A stretch of 64,000 bases of DNA, from positions 3,392,001 through 3,456,000 of the forward strand of contig OY970218.1 in NCBI GenBank assembly GCA_963713975.1, written 5' to 3'. Of the stretch, positions 27,827 through 37,443 are shown piece after piece. Below the pieces are notes generated by a model, which was not told the origin of the DNA, ran no database searches, and worked only from the letters and a program-made list of their open reading frames with translations. The position numbers were made by a program, and so were the translations under genes. This DNA is from an uncultured Chloroflexia bacterium (GTDB lineage: Bacteria; Chloroflexota; Limnocylindria; Limnocylindrales; CSP1-4). Position 1 is the first letter of the stretch. Each line of letters opens with the position of its first letter.

Positions 27827-29218
27827 TCAGTGTGAGGAGATCCGCTCCGCCAGGCTGCGTCCGGTCGGTGGCTTGCCCGTGCGGGCGGTCTGCTCATCCA
27901 GGCGGCTGAAGGCCCATTGGGCGTAGCGAACGCCGAGATAGCGGAACGGCTCGATCTCCCAGTTCTTCGAGTGGTGGTTGACGAGCGGCAGCGCGGTCAA
28001 CGGGCTCTCCGTCCCGCTGATCAGGTCCGTGAGGACGCGGCCGGCGAGGTTCGTCGTGGACACGCCGTGACCGATGTACCCGCGGGCCGTCGCGATCCCG
28101 GTCGCCAGGTCGAACGCCATCGTCGGATGCCAGTCACGAGGCATCCCCAGCGGGCCTCCCCACTCGTGCGTGAAGCGGATGTCGCGCAGCACCGGGAACC
28201 ACTCCCGCACGAACCCCTTGAGCCCCTCGTGCGTCGGTCCGTGGCGGTCGTACTCGGGCCGGATCGGCGAGCCGAACCGGTACGGCGCACCGCGCCCGCC
28301 AAACAGGATCCGGCCGTCCTCGGTCCGCGAGAGATAGTCGATGGACAGCCGCGTCGAAGCGACGACCTCGCGGTTCGCCCACCCGATCTCCGCCCACTGG
28401 GCGTCGCTCACGGGCTCGGTCAGCACGATCAGCGACCACAGAGGAACGAGCTGGCGATGCAGGCGCGGGATCTCCGAGAGATAGGCCTCGCCCGCCAACA
28501 CCACGACCGGCGCCCGCACCTCGCCGCGTGCCGTGACCAGCGTCGCCCGGCCCGACGCGTCGCGCGGTCGGAAGTCCGTCACGGCCGTCTGCTCGATGAT
28601 CCGGACGCCCAGACGCTCGACGACGCGTGCGAGTCCGCGGGTCAGGCGGCCCGGATGGACGACCGCGGCGTCGTCCGAGGCGAGGGCGCGGACCGCTCCC
28701 GCGACGTTGATGCGGTCCTTGAGCTGGGCGGCGTCGACCAGCCGGTAACGGTCGCCGAACCCGAACCGCTCGTACTCGCGGAGTGAGTCCTCGAGCGACG
28801 GCACTCCTTGGGGGCCGCGGGCGATGATGATCTCGCCGCCCTTGTGGAAGCCGGCGTCGATCGCCTCCGCCGCGCAGGCCCGACCCACCTCGTCGACCGC
28901 GTCGTAGGTCGCCTGCTGGGTCCGCCTGGCGGCGTCGTCGCCGTGGAGCCGCGCCAGCCGGTCCATCGTGATGTTGAGGTCCGGCGCACACCACGCCCCG
29001 TTGCGGCCGGAGGCCCCGAAGCCCGCGATCTCGCGCTCGACGACGACGATGTCCAGCCCCGGGTCGCGCCGCTTGAGGTAGTAGGCCGTCCAGAGACCCG
29101 TGAGGCCGGCTCCCAGGATCGCGATGTCGGCGTCCAACGAACCGTCGAGGGCTGGACGCGGGGCGAGGTCGTCGCCGGAGGTCTCGAGCCAGTACGAGAT
29201 GGCGTCGCGATGGTCCAC
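27827..29218 (-). CDS. FAD-dependent oxidoreductase (DAO/PuuB-like)
   Basis: 'SYWLE','GAGLTGLWTAYYL','GFGASGRNG','GY.GHGV'. Confidence 0.9.
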   Translation of the reverse strand: MDHRDAISYWLETSGDDLAPRPALDGSLDADIAILGAGLTGLWTAYYLKRRDPGLDIVVVEREIAGFGASGRNGAWCAPDLNITMDRLARLHGDDAARRTQQATYDAVDEVGRACAAEAIDAGFHKGGEIIIARGPQGVPSLEDSLREYERFGFGDRYRLVDAAQLKDRINVAGAVRALASDDAAVVHPGRLTRGLARVVERLGVRIIEQTAVTDFRPRDASGRATLVTARGEVRAPVVVLAGEAYLSEIPRLHRQLVPLWSLIVLTEPVSDAQWAEIGWANREVVASTRLSIDYLSRTEDGRILFGGRGAPYRFGSPIRPEYDRHGPTHEGLKGFVREWFPVLRDIRFTHEWGGPLGMPRDWHPTMAFDLATGIATARGYIGHGVSTTNLAGRVLTDLISGTESPLTALPLVNHHSKNWEIEPFRYLGVRYAQWAFSRLDEQTARTGKPPTGRSLAERISSH

Positions 29219-29338
29219 GGGCGCATGGTACCCACGGCCGCGTCCGCTGCGACCCGCAGTTGCGGGAACGAAGTGCGGCACGTTGCCGCCGTGAGCGGTA
29301 GGGTTGTCGCCCACCACCCGAGCCGCCGAGGTAGCCCC

Positions 29339-29695
29339 ATGACCGCCACCCCGACCACCGTCGGCGAGCTGTTCCGCTCGCTGGGCCTGACGCTGACCAT
29401 CCGCGCCGCCGCGGGCGACGAGGAGGAGGACGCCTGGGCCTGCACGCTGACCCGGCCCGACGGGGGCACGTACGAGATCGAGTCGGTCGCGTTCTTCGAC
29501 GTCGATCCCGACACGGGCGACGAGTGGATCGTCGAGCCCAGCCCGTCGCGCGCGCTGTCCGTGCTGGCCGGCGGCGACGTCGAGGACGAGACCGGCGACG
29601 ATGCCTCGGAAGACACCGAGGCGCAGGCCCGCGACTTCCTGGGTGACGAGGCCTACGCACTGCTCAACGAGCTGGACGCCCTCGGCATCGAGTAG
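29339..29695 (+). CDS. Acidic hypothetical protein
   Basis: GAGGT RBS; coding-like codon usage. Confidence 0.65.
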   Translation: MTATPTTVGELFRSLGLTLTIRAAAGDEEEDAWACTLTRPDGGTYEIESVAFFDVDPDTGDEWIVEPSPSRALSVLAGGDVEDETGDDASEDTEAQARDFLGDEAYALLNELDALGIE

Positions 29696-29755
29696 CCGGG
29701 ACGGGACGACCGTCCCGCGAACGGGACTGACCCGGCGCCGGCCCACGTCGGCAGC

Positions 29756-30046
29756 CTAGGAGACGGGCTCCAGGTCCACGGTCCGGACGGTCCGTGACCG
29801 GCCTGCCTCGGTGCGCACCACGGCTGCCGGTACGACGCCGCCGGCCATCTTCTCGATGACCGCGGTCTCGCCCGCGTACAGCCCCGTGCCGAGGATCCGG
29901 ACCCGGTGACCGATCTCCAGCCCCTGCCGTCCGTCGAGGGCGGCGGTGTTGATCGACACGCCGGTGGGCGGGGCACCGATCCCGGTGGTCGGCCGGGGGT
30001 TCGTCTTCTTGGGTGGGATGAAGACCTTGCGCTTGCGGGTGCCCAC
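29756..30046 (-). CDS. Small basic protein with a KOW/SH3-like motif
   Basis: 'LEIGHRVRILGTGLYAGETAVI...VDLEP'. Confidence 0.65.
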   Translation of the reverse strand: MGTRKRKVFIPPKKTNPRPTTGIGAPPTGVSINTAALDGRQGLEIGHRVRILGTGLYAGETAVIEKMAGGVVPAAVVRTEAGRSRTVRTVDLEPVS

Positions 30047-30184
30047 TAGCGGTCTCGTCGGGCGCGCGAAGGGCGCCCTGCTCGTGCTGTCTGCGTCACA
30101 TACACCTCGTCATGCCGACTCCATTGCGAACGGCCGGCCGCAGGAAGTGTATGCGACCCGCGCCACGTGCTCTCGCCGGCACTC

Positions 30185-30451
30185 TCAGGCCAAGACCTCG
30201 ACGGCCGTCGCGAGCGACCTGTCCGACGGCTCCACGAGCACCGTGCCGCCCGGCAGGACGACCACCGGGATGGCCAGGTAGCCCGCATCCGCGAGCATCG
30301 AGCGAACCGCCGGGTCCGCGTCGCGGTCGATCCAGACCCACTCGATCCCGGACGCGTCGAGCCAGCGCTTCGTGCGGCGGCAGTCGCCGCACCAGTCGGC
30401 ACCGTAGACGGTCACGACATCGGCGATGGGGAGCGCGGCGGGGTTGGGCAC
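30185..30451 (-). CDS. Glutaredoxin/mycoredoxin-like protein
   Basis: 'VTVYGADWCGDC.RTK.WL...IPVV..P.G..LVEPS'; start approximate. Confidence 0.85.
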   Translation of the reverse strand: MPNPAALPIADVVTVYGADWCGDCRRTKRWLDASGIEWVWIDRDADPAVRSMLADAGYLAIPVVVLPGGTVLVEPSDRSLATAVEVLA

Positions 30452-30533
30452 GGATCGATTGTCGGACAGGTGGGGCACTCCGTGCGGGGCCACCCGGATG
30501 GGATCCTGGCCGCGCAGCCTCGAGAGGTCCCGG

Positions 30534-31511
30534 CTACAGGGCCAGCGCACCGTTGAGGTCGCGAAGCAGGCCGGCGGACCGCCGCAGGCCCGATGCCTCC
30601 TCGGCGGACAGCCCCAGGCGCAGCGTCCGTTCCACGCCCCGACGTCCGACGACCGCTGGCAGCGAGAGGTAGATGTCGTCAATGCCGTAGTAGTCCGCGA
30701 TCAGCGAGCTCACCGACAGCACCGTGTGCTGGTCCCGCAGGATCGCCTGGACAATCCGGACCAGGCCGGCCGCGACCGCATAGTAGGTGGCGCCCTTGCG
30801 CTCGATGATCTGGTAGGCGGCGTCGCGGGTGGCCTCGAAGATCTCGCGCATGGCATCGTCGTCGTCCACCATGCCCGCGGACGCCGCGAAGTCCCCGAGC
30901 GGCATGCCCGCGATGTTGGCCGACGACCAGACCGGGACCTCGGAGTCGCCATGCTCACCGGCGATGTGGGCGTGCACCGAGCGCGGGTCCACTCCGTAGT
31001 GCTCCGCGAGCAGCATCCGGAAGCGAGCGGTATCGAGGATCGTCCCGGACCCGATCACCCGCTCGGCCGGCAGGCCGGCAATCCGGTAGGTGAGGTACGC
31101 CAGCGCGTCCACCGGGTTGGTCGCGACAAGGATGATTCCATCCGGGTTGGCCTCGGCGATCTGCGGCACGAGCTCGCGGAAGATCGCGGCGTTCTTCTGG
31201 ACCAGGTCGGTGCGGGTCTCGCCCGGACGCTGTGCCGCACCGGCGGCGATCACCGTGATCGCGGCGCCGCGGCAGTCCGAGACGGGACCGGACCAGACGC
31301 GGGCCGTCCGGGCGAACGGGACCGCGTGCATGAGGTCCATCGCCTCGCCCTCGGCCTTCCGCTCGTTGGCGTCGGACAGGACGATCTCCGACGCGAGGCC
31401 GGACAGGAGGAGCCCGAAGGCGAAGGTGGACCCGACGGCGCCGGCGCCGACCACGGCTACGCGGGTGGGGTGGGCGGGTTCGAGCGGATCGACGATGGTG
31501 GACGCTGTCAT
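30534..31511 (-). CDS. ldh: L-lactate dehydrogenase
   Basis: GAGAVG,'GAAQRPGETR','NPVD','GSGTILDTARFR','GEHGDSE','KGATYY'. Confidence 0.95.
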   Translation of the reverse strand: MTASTIVDPLEPAHPTRVAVVGAGAVGSTFAFGLLLSGLASEIVLSDANERKAEGEAMDLMHAVPFARTARVWSGPVSDCRGAAITVIAAGAAQRPGETRTDLVQKNAAIFRELVPQIAEANPDGIILVATNPVDALAYLTYRIAGLPAERVIGSGTILDTARFRMLLAEHYGVDPRSVHAHIAGEHGDSEVPVWSSANIAGMPLGDFAASAGMVDDDDAMREIFEATRDAAYQIIERKGATYYAVAAGLVRIVQAILRDQHTVLSVSSLIADYYGIDDIYLSLPAVVGRRGVERTLRLGLSAEEASGLRRSAGLLRDLNGALAL

Positions 31512-31634
31512 GCGGCCACCCTACCCGAAGCGGCTCCCACGGGCCACGACCTCCGCCGTCACCGGCCCGCAACCCGTCCGGGCGTGTAGAGTCGCCTCGG
31601 CGCCCCGCTCATCCGCCCGCGAAAGGTCACGCCC

Positions 31635-32843
31635 GTGTCGCTGCCGTCACTCTCCCGCATCCCCGCCCCGCCCGACGCCATCCTCGGCCTGGCCGAGGCG
31701 TTCAAGGCGGACCCGCGCGCGGACAAGATCAACCTCGGCTCCGGGGTCTTCGTCGATGCGACCGGCAAGACCCCCGTCCTGCCCACCGTGATCGAGGCCG
31801 AACGGAGGCTCGCCGAGGCGTCCGGGAGCAAGCTCTACCGGCCCATCGACGGAGACGCCGCCTACCGCGAACTGGTGCGAGCCCTGGCGCTCGGGGCCGA
31901 CCACGAGGCCGTCACCTCCGGGCGCGCCCTGGCCACCCAGACCCCGGGCGGCACCGGTGGCCTGCGCGTCGCCGCGGACCTGCTCCGCCAGACCGGGTCC
32001 GGCGAGACCATGTGGATGAGCGAGCCCACCTGGCCCAACCACCCCCAGCTGTTCCTCGCCGCCGGCTTCAAGATCCGCACCTACCCCTACACGGATGCGA
32101 CCGGCAGGCGGATCGACGAGGCAGCCATGCTCGGTGCCCTCGACGGGGCCTCGCCGGGCGACGTGGTCCTGCTCCACGGCGCCTGTCACAACCCCACCGG
32201 CGTCGACCCCTCCCCCGCCCTGTGGAAGCAGATCGGGGACCTGGTCGAGGAGCGGCGGCTGCTGCCGCTCGTGGATCTCGCGTACCAGGGGTTCGGCAAC
32301 GGCCTCGAGGAGGACGCCGCCGGCCTTCGCGAGCTGGTCCGGCCGGGCGCGGAGCTCCTCGTCTCGACGTCCTTCTCCAAGACCTTCTCGCTGTACGCGG
32401 AGCGCGTCGGCGCCATGATCCTCATCGCCGGCTCGGCCGCCGCGGCCGCCGCGGCCCAGAGCCACGTCAAGATCGCGATCCGCGTGAACTACTCCAACCC
32501 GCCCGCGCACGGCGCCGACATCGTCCGGACCATCCTCGCCGACCCGGACCTCCGCGCCCGCTGGGAGATCGAGCTGGCAGGCATGCGGGACCGCATCAAC
32601 GACAACCGCACGGCGCTCGTGGCCGCGCTCGAGGCCCGCAGCATCCCGGGCGACTGGAGCGCCATCGCCACGCAGCGGGGCATGTTCGCGCTCCTGGGTC
32701 TCACGCTGGGGCAGGTCGCCCGCCTCAAGGATGAGCACGGCGTCTACGTGGTCGGCAAGGGCAGGATCAACGTTGCGGGCTTCACCGCGGCGAACCTGGA
32801 CCCGTTCGCGGACGCGCTGGCCGAGGTCCTCGCAACCTCGTAG
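31635..32843 (+). CDS. aspC: Aspartate/aromatic amino acid aminotransferase (AspC/TyrB type)
   Basis: 'PPDAILGL','KINLG.G','HGACHNPTG.D','SFSKTFSLYAERVG','RINVAG'. Confidence 0.92.
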   Translation: MSLPSLSRIPAPPDAILGLAEAFKADPRADKINLGSGVFVDATGKTPVLPTVIEAERRLAEASGSKLYRPIDGDAAYRELVRALALGADHEAVTSGRALATQTPGGTGGLRVAADLLRQTGSGETMWMSEPTWPNHPQLFLAAGFKIRTYPYTDATGRRIDEAAMLGALDGASPGDVVLLHGACHNPTGVDPSPALWKQIGDLVEERRLLPLVDLAYQGFGNGLEEDAAGLRELVRPGAELLVSTSFSKTFSLYAERVGAMILIAGSAAAAAAAQSHVKIAIRVNYSNPPAHGADIVRTILADPDLRARWEIELAGMRDRINDNRTALVAALEARSIPGDWSAIATQRGMFALLGLTLGQVARLKDEHGVYVVGKGRINVAGFTAANLDPFADALAEVLATS

Positions 32844-32873
32844 CCGATCTTGGCCCGGCGGACGGCCCCTTGA

Positions 32874-33028
32874 GCCGCCCACCGGTTCAACCGTCGGGTG
32901 CGGCCCGTGTGCGCCGCTGGGCGGCACGCTCGTCGGCCGAGGAGCCTGTCTCGACCCTGTAGGCCCGACAGATGTGCCGCCAGGCGGCGCGTTTTGCGAT
33001 GCGCCCGACCGTTCAACCGGTGAGCGGC
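32874..33028 (+). repeat. Palindromic element family 1, copy C (longer loop; orientation ambiguous)
   Basis: CCGGTTCAACCGTCGGGTG..GCGGCAC..GATGTGCCGCC..CCCGACCGTTCAACCGG. Confidence 0.85.
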
Positions 33029-33076
33029 GGCTGGGTCACGCGCGGCGCGGCCAACCTGTACCCGGTACGCGGCGGT

Positions 33077-33949
33077 TCACGCGCGGCGGGCCAACCCCTT
33101 GACGCGGGTCCACGCCCTCGATCGCTCGTCCCGTGTTGTCAGCGGGATCACGCCCAGCAGCATCGACAGCGAGCCGTACCAGAGCGCCGGCAGGCAGAGC
33201 ATCGTCCCCACCGGCACGACCCAGCGCTGGTTCCGGACCGCGCCCCAGGCGATCAGCGCGATCCCGATCGGGCCGCGGATCACCAGCGGGATGGGCACCG
33301 CCGCCCACGTGCCACCCTTGCCCGTGTTCCCGGCGAGCAGCGAGATCCAGTCCCGCCATGCCTCCGGGATCAGGACGAACGAGACGGCAATGACGGCGGC
33401 CGTGGCACCCAGGGCGATCGCCAGCGCACGCCATTCGCGACGCAGGGCGAACCACAGGAGCCCGACCCCGGGCGTGATCTTGGTCAACAGGACAAACGCC
33501 CAGGTCCACGGGCGCTTGAACCCCGCGACGATCGCGAGGGTGAGCAGCAGCGAGATGTTGCCGCCGGCGAGCTCCATCGCGCCAACGACCAGGCCCAGCA
33601 GGAACAGGTCGGGGCCCGTGATCAGGTAGGTGGCGCCGATCAGGATGGCGGTCCAGGCGGCCACGAACACGGGCCATGGCAGCAGGTCCAGCGGATAGAC
33701 GAGCTGGGCGAACGCCGGCGAGTACGGGTAGGCGCCGATCGTGTTCCAGTTGGTTCGGCCGGTGTACAGGTCCCCCAGCTCCAGGCCGTAGTAGGACCGG
33801 GCGTCCTGCGCGGTGACGACCTGACCGCTGAGCGGGTCCGTGACGTTCACGGTGGGATCGGAACCCAGGATCACCAGCACCCAGATCGCGATGGCCACCA
33901 CGAGTCCCGCGACGTGGCGCGGGTTGCGGCGGTCGAAGGCGCTGGTCAT
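33077..33949 (-). CDS. Glycosyltransferase family 87 membrane protein
   Basis: 'D...YY...LY...Y.YSPAFAQL','E...GNI','LLTKITPG'. Confidence 0.8.
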   Translation of the reverse strand: MTSAFDRRNPRHVAGLVVAIAIWVLVILGSDPTVNVTDPLSGQVVTAQDARSYYGLELGDLYTGRTNWNTIGAYPYSPAFAQLVYPLDLLPWPVFVAAWTAILIGATYLITGPDLFLLGLVVGAMELAGGNISLLLTLAIVAGFKRPWTWAFVLLTKITPGVGLLWFALRREWRALAIALGATAAVIAVSFVLIPEAWRDWISLLAGNTGKGGTWAAVPIPLVIRGPIGIALIAWGAVRNQRWVVPVGTMLCLPALWYGSLSMLLGVIPLTTRDERSRAWTRVKGLARRA

Positions 33950-34088
33950 GTCACCCCGGATGGCGGGCGGTTGGTGTCGCGGGCCATTGTCGCGGATGCA
34001 CGCCCGGCTGGAGGTCGCCGCGGGCACCGCCCGCCCGCCCATTGCCCCGGTCCAGCGCCGAGGCTCCGGATCGGGCATCCTCGGGGGC

Positions 34089-34517
34089 ATGAAGCTCTAC
34101 CTTGCCGGTCCCCTGTTCACCACCCCCGAGCGACTCTGGAACGAGGCCCTCGCAACCCGCCTCGAAGCCGCCGGCCATGAGGTCTACGTGCCACACCTCC
34201 ACCCCTCCGGCGAGCACACGGCGTCGGCCATCTTCCGCAAGGACCTGGAGGGCGTGGATTGGGCGGAGGGCGTCGTCGCGATCATGGACGGCGCGGATCC
34301 CGATTCCGGAACGTGCTGGGAGTGCGGGTACGCGTACGGTCGGGGCAAGCCCGTCATCCTGTTCCGGGGCGATTTCCGGGGCACGGGCGACTCGATCGAC
34401 ATGCCCTACAACGCGATGCTGGTCGGTGCAGCGGACGTCCACATCGAGCTGCCGCTGGCCACCGTGGACGAGGCTGCCGACGCGATCATCGAGGCGTTGG
34501 CGAGCCTGGGCAGGTAG
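34089..34517 (+). CDS. Nucleoside 2-deoxyribosyltransferase family protein
   Basis: 'KLYLAGPLF','IF.KD','DSGT.WE.GYA...GKP','YNAM'. Confidence 0.9.
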   Translation: MKLYLAGPLFTTPERLWNEALATRLEAAGHEVYVPHLHPSGEHTASAIFRKDLEGVDWAEGVVAIMDGADPDSGTCWECGYAYGRGKPVILFRGDFRGTGDSIDMPYNAMLVGAADVHIELPLATVDEAADAIIEALASLGR

Positions 34518-34582
34518 CGACGAGCCGACGGTGAACCCGGCCCAAGGCCGGGCCGCTGGCGCCGGGCCGTTACCATCGGCCG

Positions 34583-35494
34583 ATGAAGATCGGAATCGTG
34601 CTCCCGATGAACGAGGCGGATGGGCCGGGTGCGGGAACCTGGCCCGCGATCCGCAGGCTTGCGCTGGTGGCGGAGGCGGGTGGTCTCGACAGCCTGTGGG
34701 TGTACGACCACCTCATCTTCCGGATGGAGGGCGAGAAGGAGGACGGCATCCACGAGGCGTGGACCCTGCTGGCCGCCCTCGCGGCGGTCACCGAGCGCGC
34801 CGAGCTGGGCACGATCGTCCTGGGCACGGGGTTCCGGCCGCCGGCGCTGACGGCGAAGATGGCCGCGACGCTCGACGAGGTGGCGGACGGCCGCCTGATC
34901 CTGGGGCTTGGCACGGGCTGGCACGAGCCGGAGTACCGGGCGTTCGGCTACCCGTTCGACCATCGTGCCGGCCGGTTCGAGGAGGCGCTTGCCATCATCG
35001 CCCCTCTCCTCCGTGGCGAGCGGGTGACCCTGCACGGACGCTGGCACGAGGTGGAGGACGCAGTCCTGATCCCGCCGCCGCCTCGCCCGTCGCGCCTGCC
35101 CGGCCGGATCCCCCTGCTCATCGCGGCCAAGGGCGAGCGAGTGCTGCGGCTGGTCGCCCGACACGCGGACGCGTGGAACATGGCCTGGTTCGGCTTCCCC
35201 GACGAGCGGTCCGCAGGCCGCCTGTCGGACCTCATGGCCGCCTGCGATGCAGTGGGCCGCGACCCGGCCTCGATCGAGATCACGGTGGGCCTGACCGTCG
35301 ACAAGGAAGCCGCGGCCGGTGGCCGGCCGGGTGCACCGGCGGCCCTGCCGTCCGACCCCACCACCATCGCCCGGGCGCTGGATGCCTGGCGCGACCTCGG
35401 CGTCGGCCACGTCCAGGTGGACATGCGACCTGCCAACGGGCGGATGGTCGAGGTCCTGCTCGAGGCCCGGGCGTTGCATCTCGGGGTTGCCTGA
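34583..35494 (+). CDS. LLM-class flavin-dependent oxidoreductase
   Basis: 'AE..G.DSLWVYDH','EAWT.LAALAA.T','AKMAATLD....GRL.LGLG.GW...EY'. Confidence 0.92.
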   Translation: MKIGIVLPMNEADGPGAGTWPAIRRLALVAEAGGLDSLWVYDHLIFRMEGEKEDGIHEAWTLLAALAAVTERAELGTIVLGTGFRPPALTAKMAATLDEVADGRLILGLGTGWHEPEYRAFGYPFDHRAGRFEEALAIIAPLLRGERVTLHGRWHEVEDAVLIPPPPRPSRLPGRIPLLIAAKGERVLRLVARHADAWNMAWFGFPDERSAGRLSDLMAACDAVGRDPASIEITVGLTVDKEAAAGGRPGAPAALPSDPTTIARALDAWRDLGVGHVQVDMRPANGRMVEVLLEARALHLGVA

Positions 35495-35495
35495 T

Positions 35496-36290
35496 ATGGC
35501 GGCGGACGACGCGGACGCCCTGCCGGAGCACGTCGCCCTCAACCGTGCGGCGTGGGACGGCTACGCGCCCGACTACGTGGAGGCGGGCGAGCGGGCCTGG
35601 CGACTCGCCCCCGGGTCGGAGACGTGGGGCATCTTCGGCATCCCGGAGGCGGAGGTCCGGCTCCTGCCCGAGGATCTCGACGGCCTCGACGCCATCGAGC
35701 TCGGCTGCGGCACCGGGTACGTGTCCGCATGGTTGACGCGCCGCGGTGCCCACGTCGTCGGCATCGACAACTCACCGCGGCAGCTGGAGACCGCCGCCCG
35801 CCTCCAGCGCGAGCACAGCCTGGACTTCCCGCTCCTCCTGGGCAACGCGGAACGGGTCCCCTACCCCGACGCCTCGTTCGACTTCGCGATCAGCGAGTAC
35901 GGCGCCGCGCTGTGGGCCGATCCCTATGCGTGGGTCCCGGAGGCGGCGCGCCTGCTGCGGCCCGGCGGCAGGCTCGTGCTCCTCACCAACGGCCTGCTCG
36001 CGTACCTCACCGTGCCCGACATCGAGGCGGATGGGCCCGCCGACGAACGCCTCAAGCGCCCGCTGTTCGGGATGCACCGTACCGTCTGGCCGGACGAGCC
36101 CGGCTCCGTCGAGTTCCACCTCGCCCACGGCGACTGGATCCGGCTGTTCCGGGCCAGCGGGCTCGAGGTCGAAGACCTCGTCGAGCTGCGGGCGCCGGAC
36201 GACGCGACCACCAACTACCCGTGGATGGACGGCGAGTGGGCACGCAAGTGGCCGTGCGAGGAGGCGTGGAAGGTCCGCAGGCGCAGCTGA
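35496..36290 (+). CDS. Class I SAM-dependent methyltransferase
   Basis: 'ELGCGTGY','FD.A.SEYGA','RLLRPGG'. Confidence 0.9.
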   Translation: MAADDADALPEHVALNRAAWDGYAPDYVEAGERAWRLAPGSETWGIFGIPEAEVRLLPEDLDGLDAIELGCGTGYVSAWLTRRGAHVVGIDNSPRQLETAARLQREHSLDFPLLLGNAERVPYPDASFDFAISEYGAALWADPYAWVPEAARLLRPGGRLVLLTNGLLAYLTVPDIEADGPADERLKRPLFGMHRTVWPDEPGSVEFHLAHGDWIRLFRASGLEVEDLVELRAPDDATTNYPWMDGEWARKWPCEEAWKVRRRS

Positions 36291-36398
36291 GTCTGGCCCA
36301 ACCCAGCCCGGCTCGACGGCGGCGGTCCGTTCGGCCTTGCGGATCGCAGGGACAAACGGGCACCATGCCCCGGTAGCGAACCGGATGCTGGAGGTCTC

Positions 36399-37427
36399 AT
36401 GGACAGCGAGCCCGAGGCGGTCCCCGCGCCACCGCATTGGCGCGCAGAAACCCGCGCTGACGACCGCCCGGGAGGGCTTCCGGTGATGCTCGCGGTGAGC
36501 GGCCTGCGCAGGAGCTTTGGCCCCATCGACGCCGTGAAGGGCGTCTCGTTCGAGATCCACGCCGGCGAGACCTACGGCCTGCTGGGACCCAACGGCGCCG
36601 GCAAGACCACCACCATCTCGATGATCTGCGGCCTGCTGACCCGCGATGCGGGCACGGTGACGCTCGGAGGTGAGTCGATCGACGTCGGGGCCGTGGCGGC
36701 CAAGGCCGGCATCGGGTACGTGCCCCAGGAGCTCGCGATCTACCCCGACCTGAGCGCGCGGGAGAACCTCGTGTTCTTCGGCCGGCTGTACGGCCTGGGT
36801 GGCACGGAGCTCAAGAGCCGGGTGGAGGAGGTCCTCGCGCTGATCGGGCTCACGGAACGCGGCAACGACCGCACCGACAAGTACAGCGGCGGCATGCAGC
36901 GCCGGCTCAACATCGGTATCGGGCTGCTCCACCAGCCCAAGCTGCTCCTGCTTGACGAGCCGACCGTGGGCGTGGACCCCCAGAGCCGCAACGCGATCCT
37001 CGAGTCCATCGCCAACCTGGGCAAGCAGGGCATGGCGATCCTGTACACGACCCACTACATGGAGGAGGCCGAGCGGTTGTGCGACCGCATCGCCATCATC
37101 GACGGCGGCGAGATCCGCGCGGAGGGCACCCAGCGGGAGCTCGTGGCCCTGATCGGCCAGCGGGACGAGGTCCGCATGACGCTGACGGGTGACCTCAATG
37201 CCGCGGCCCACGCCGCGGCCTCGGTCCGTGGCGTCGCATCGGCCGCCGTCTCGGCCACCGGCGAGGATGTCACGGTCCTCACGCCTGACGCCGGCCGGGT
37301 GCTGCCGCGGCTGCTGGAGGCGGTGGAGGCTTCCGGCGCGCACGTCCGGGGTGTCGAGATCATCCAGCCCGACCTCGAGGCGGTGTTCCTGCACCTCACC
37401 GGCCGCGCCCTCCGCGACGCCGGCTAG
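36399..37427 (+). CDS. ABC transporter ATP-binding protein (LnrL/DrrA-like)
   Basis: GPNGAGKT, YSGGM, LDEPTVG. Confidence 0.92.
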   Translation: MDSEPEAVPAPPHWRAETRADDRPGGLPVMLAVSGLRRSFGPIDAVKGVSFEIHAGETYGLLGPNGAGKTTTISMICGLLTRDAGTVTLGGESIDVGAVAAKAGIGYVPQELAIYPDLSARENLVFFGRLYGLGGTELKSRVEEVLALIGLTERGNDRTDKYSGGMQRRLNIGIGLLHQPKLLLLDEPTVGVDPQSRNAILESIANLGKQGMAILYTTHYMEEAERLCDRIAIIDGGEIRAEGTQRELVALIGQRDEVRMTLTGDLNAAAHAAASVRGVASAAVSATGEDVTVLTPDAGRVLPRLLEAVEASGAHVRGVEIIQPDLEAVFLHLTGRALRDAG

Positions 37428-37443
37428 CCGGAGACGGCAGCAG

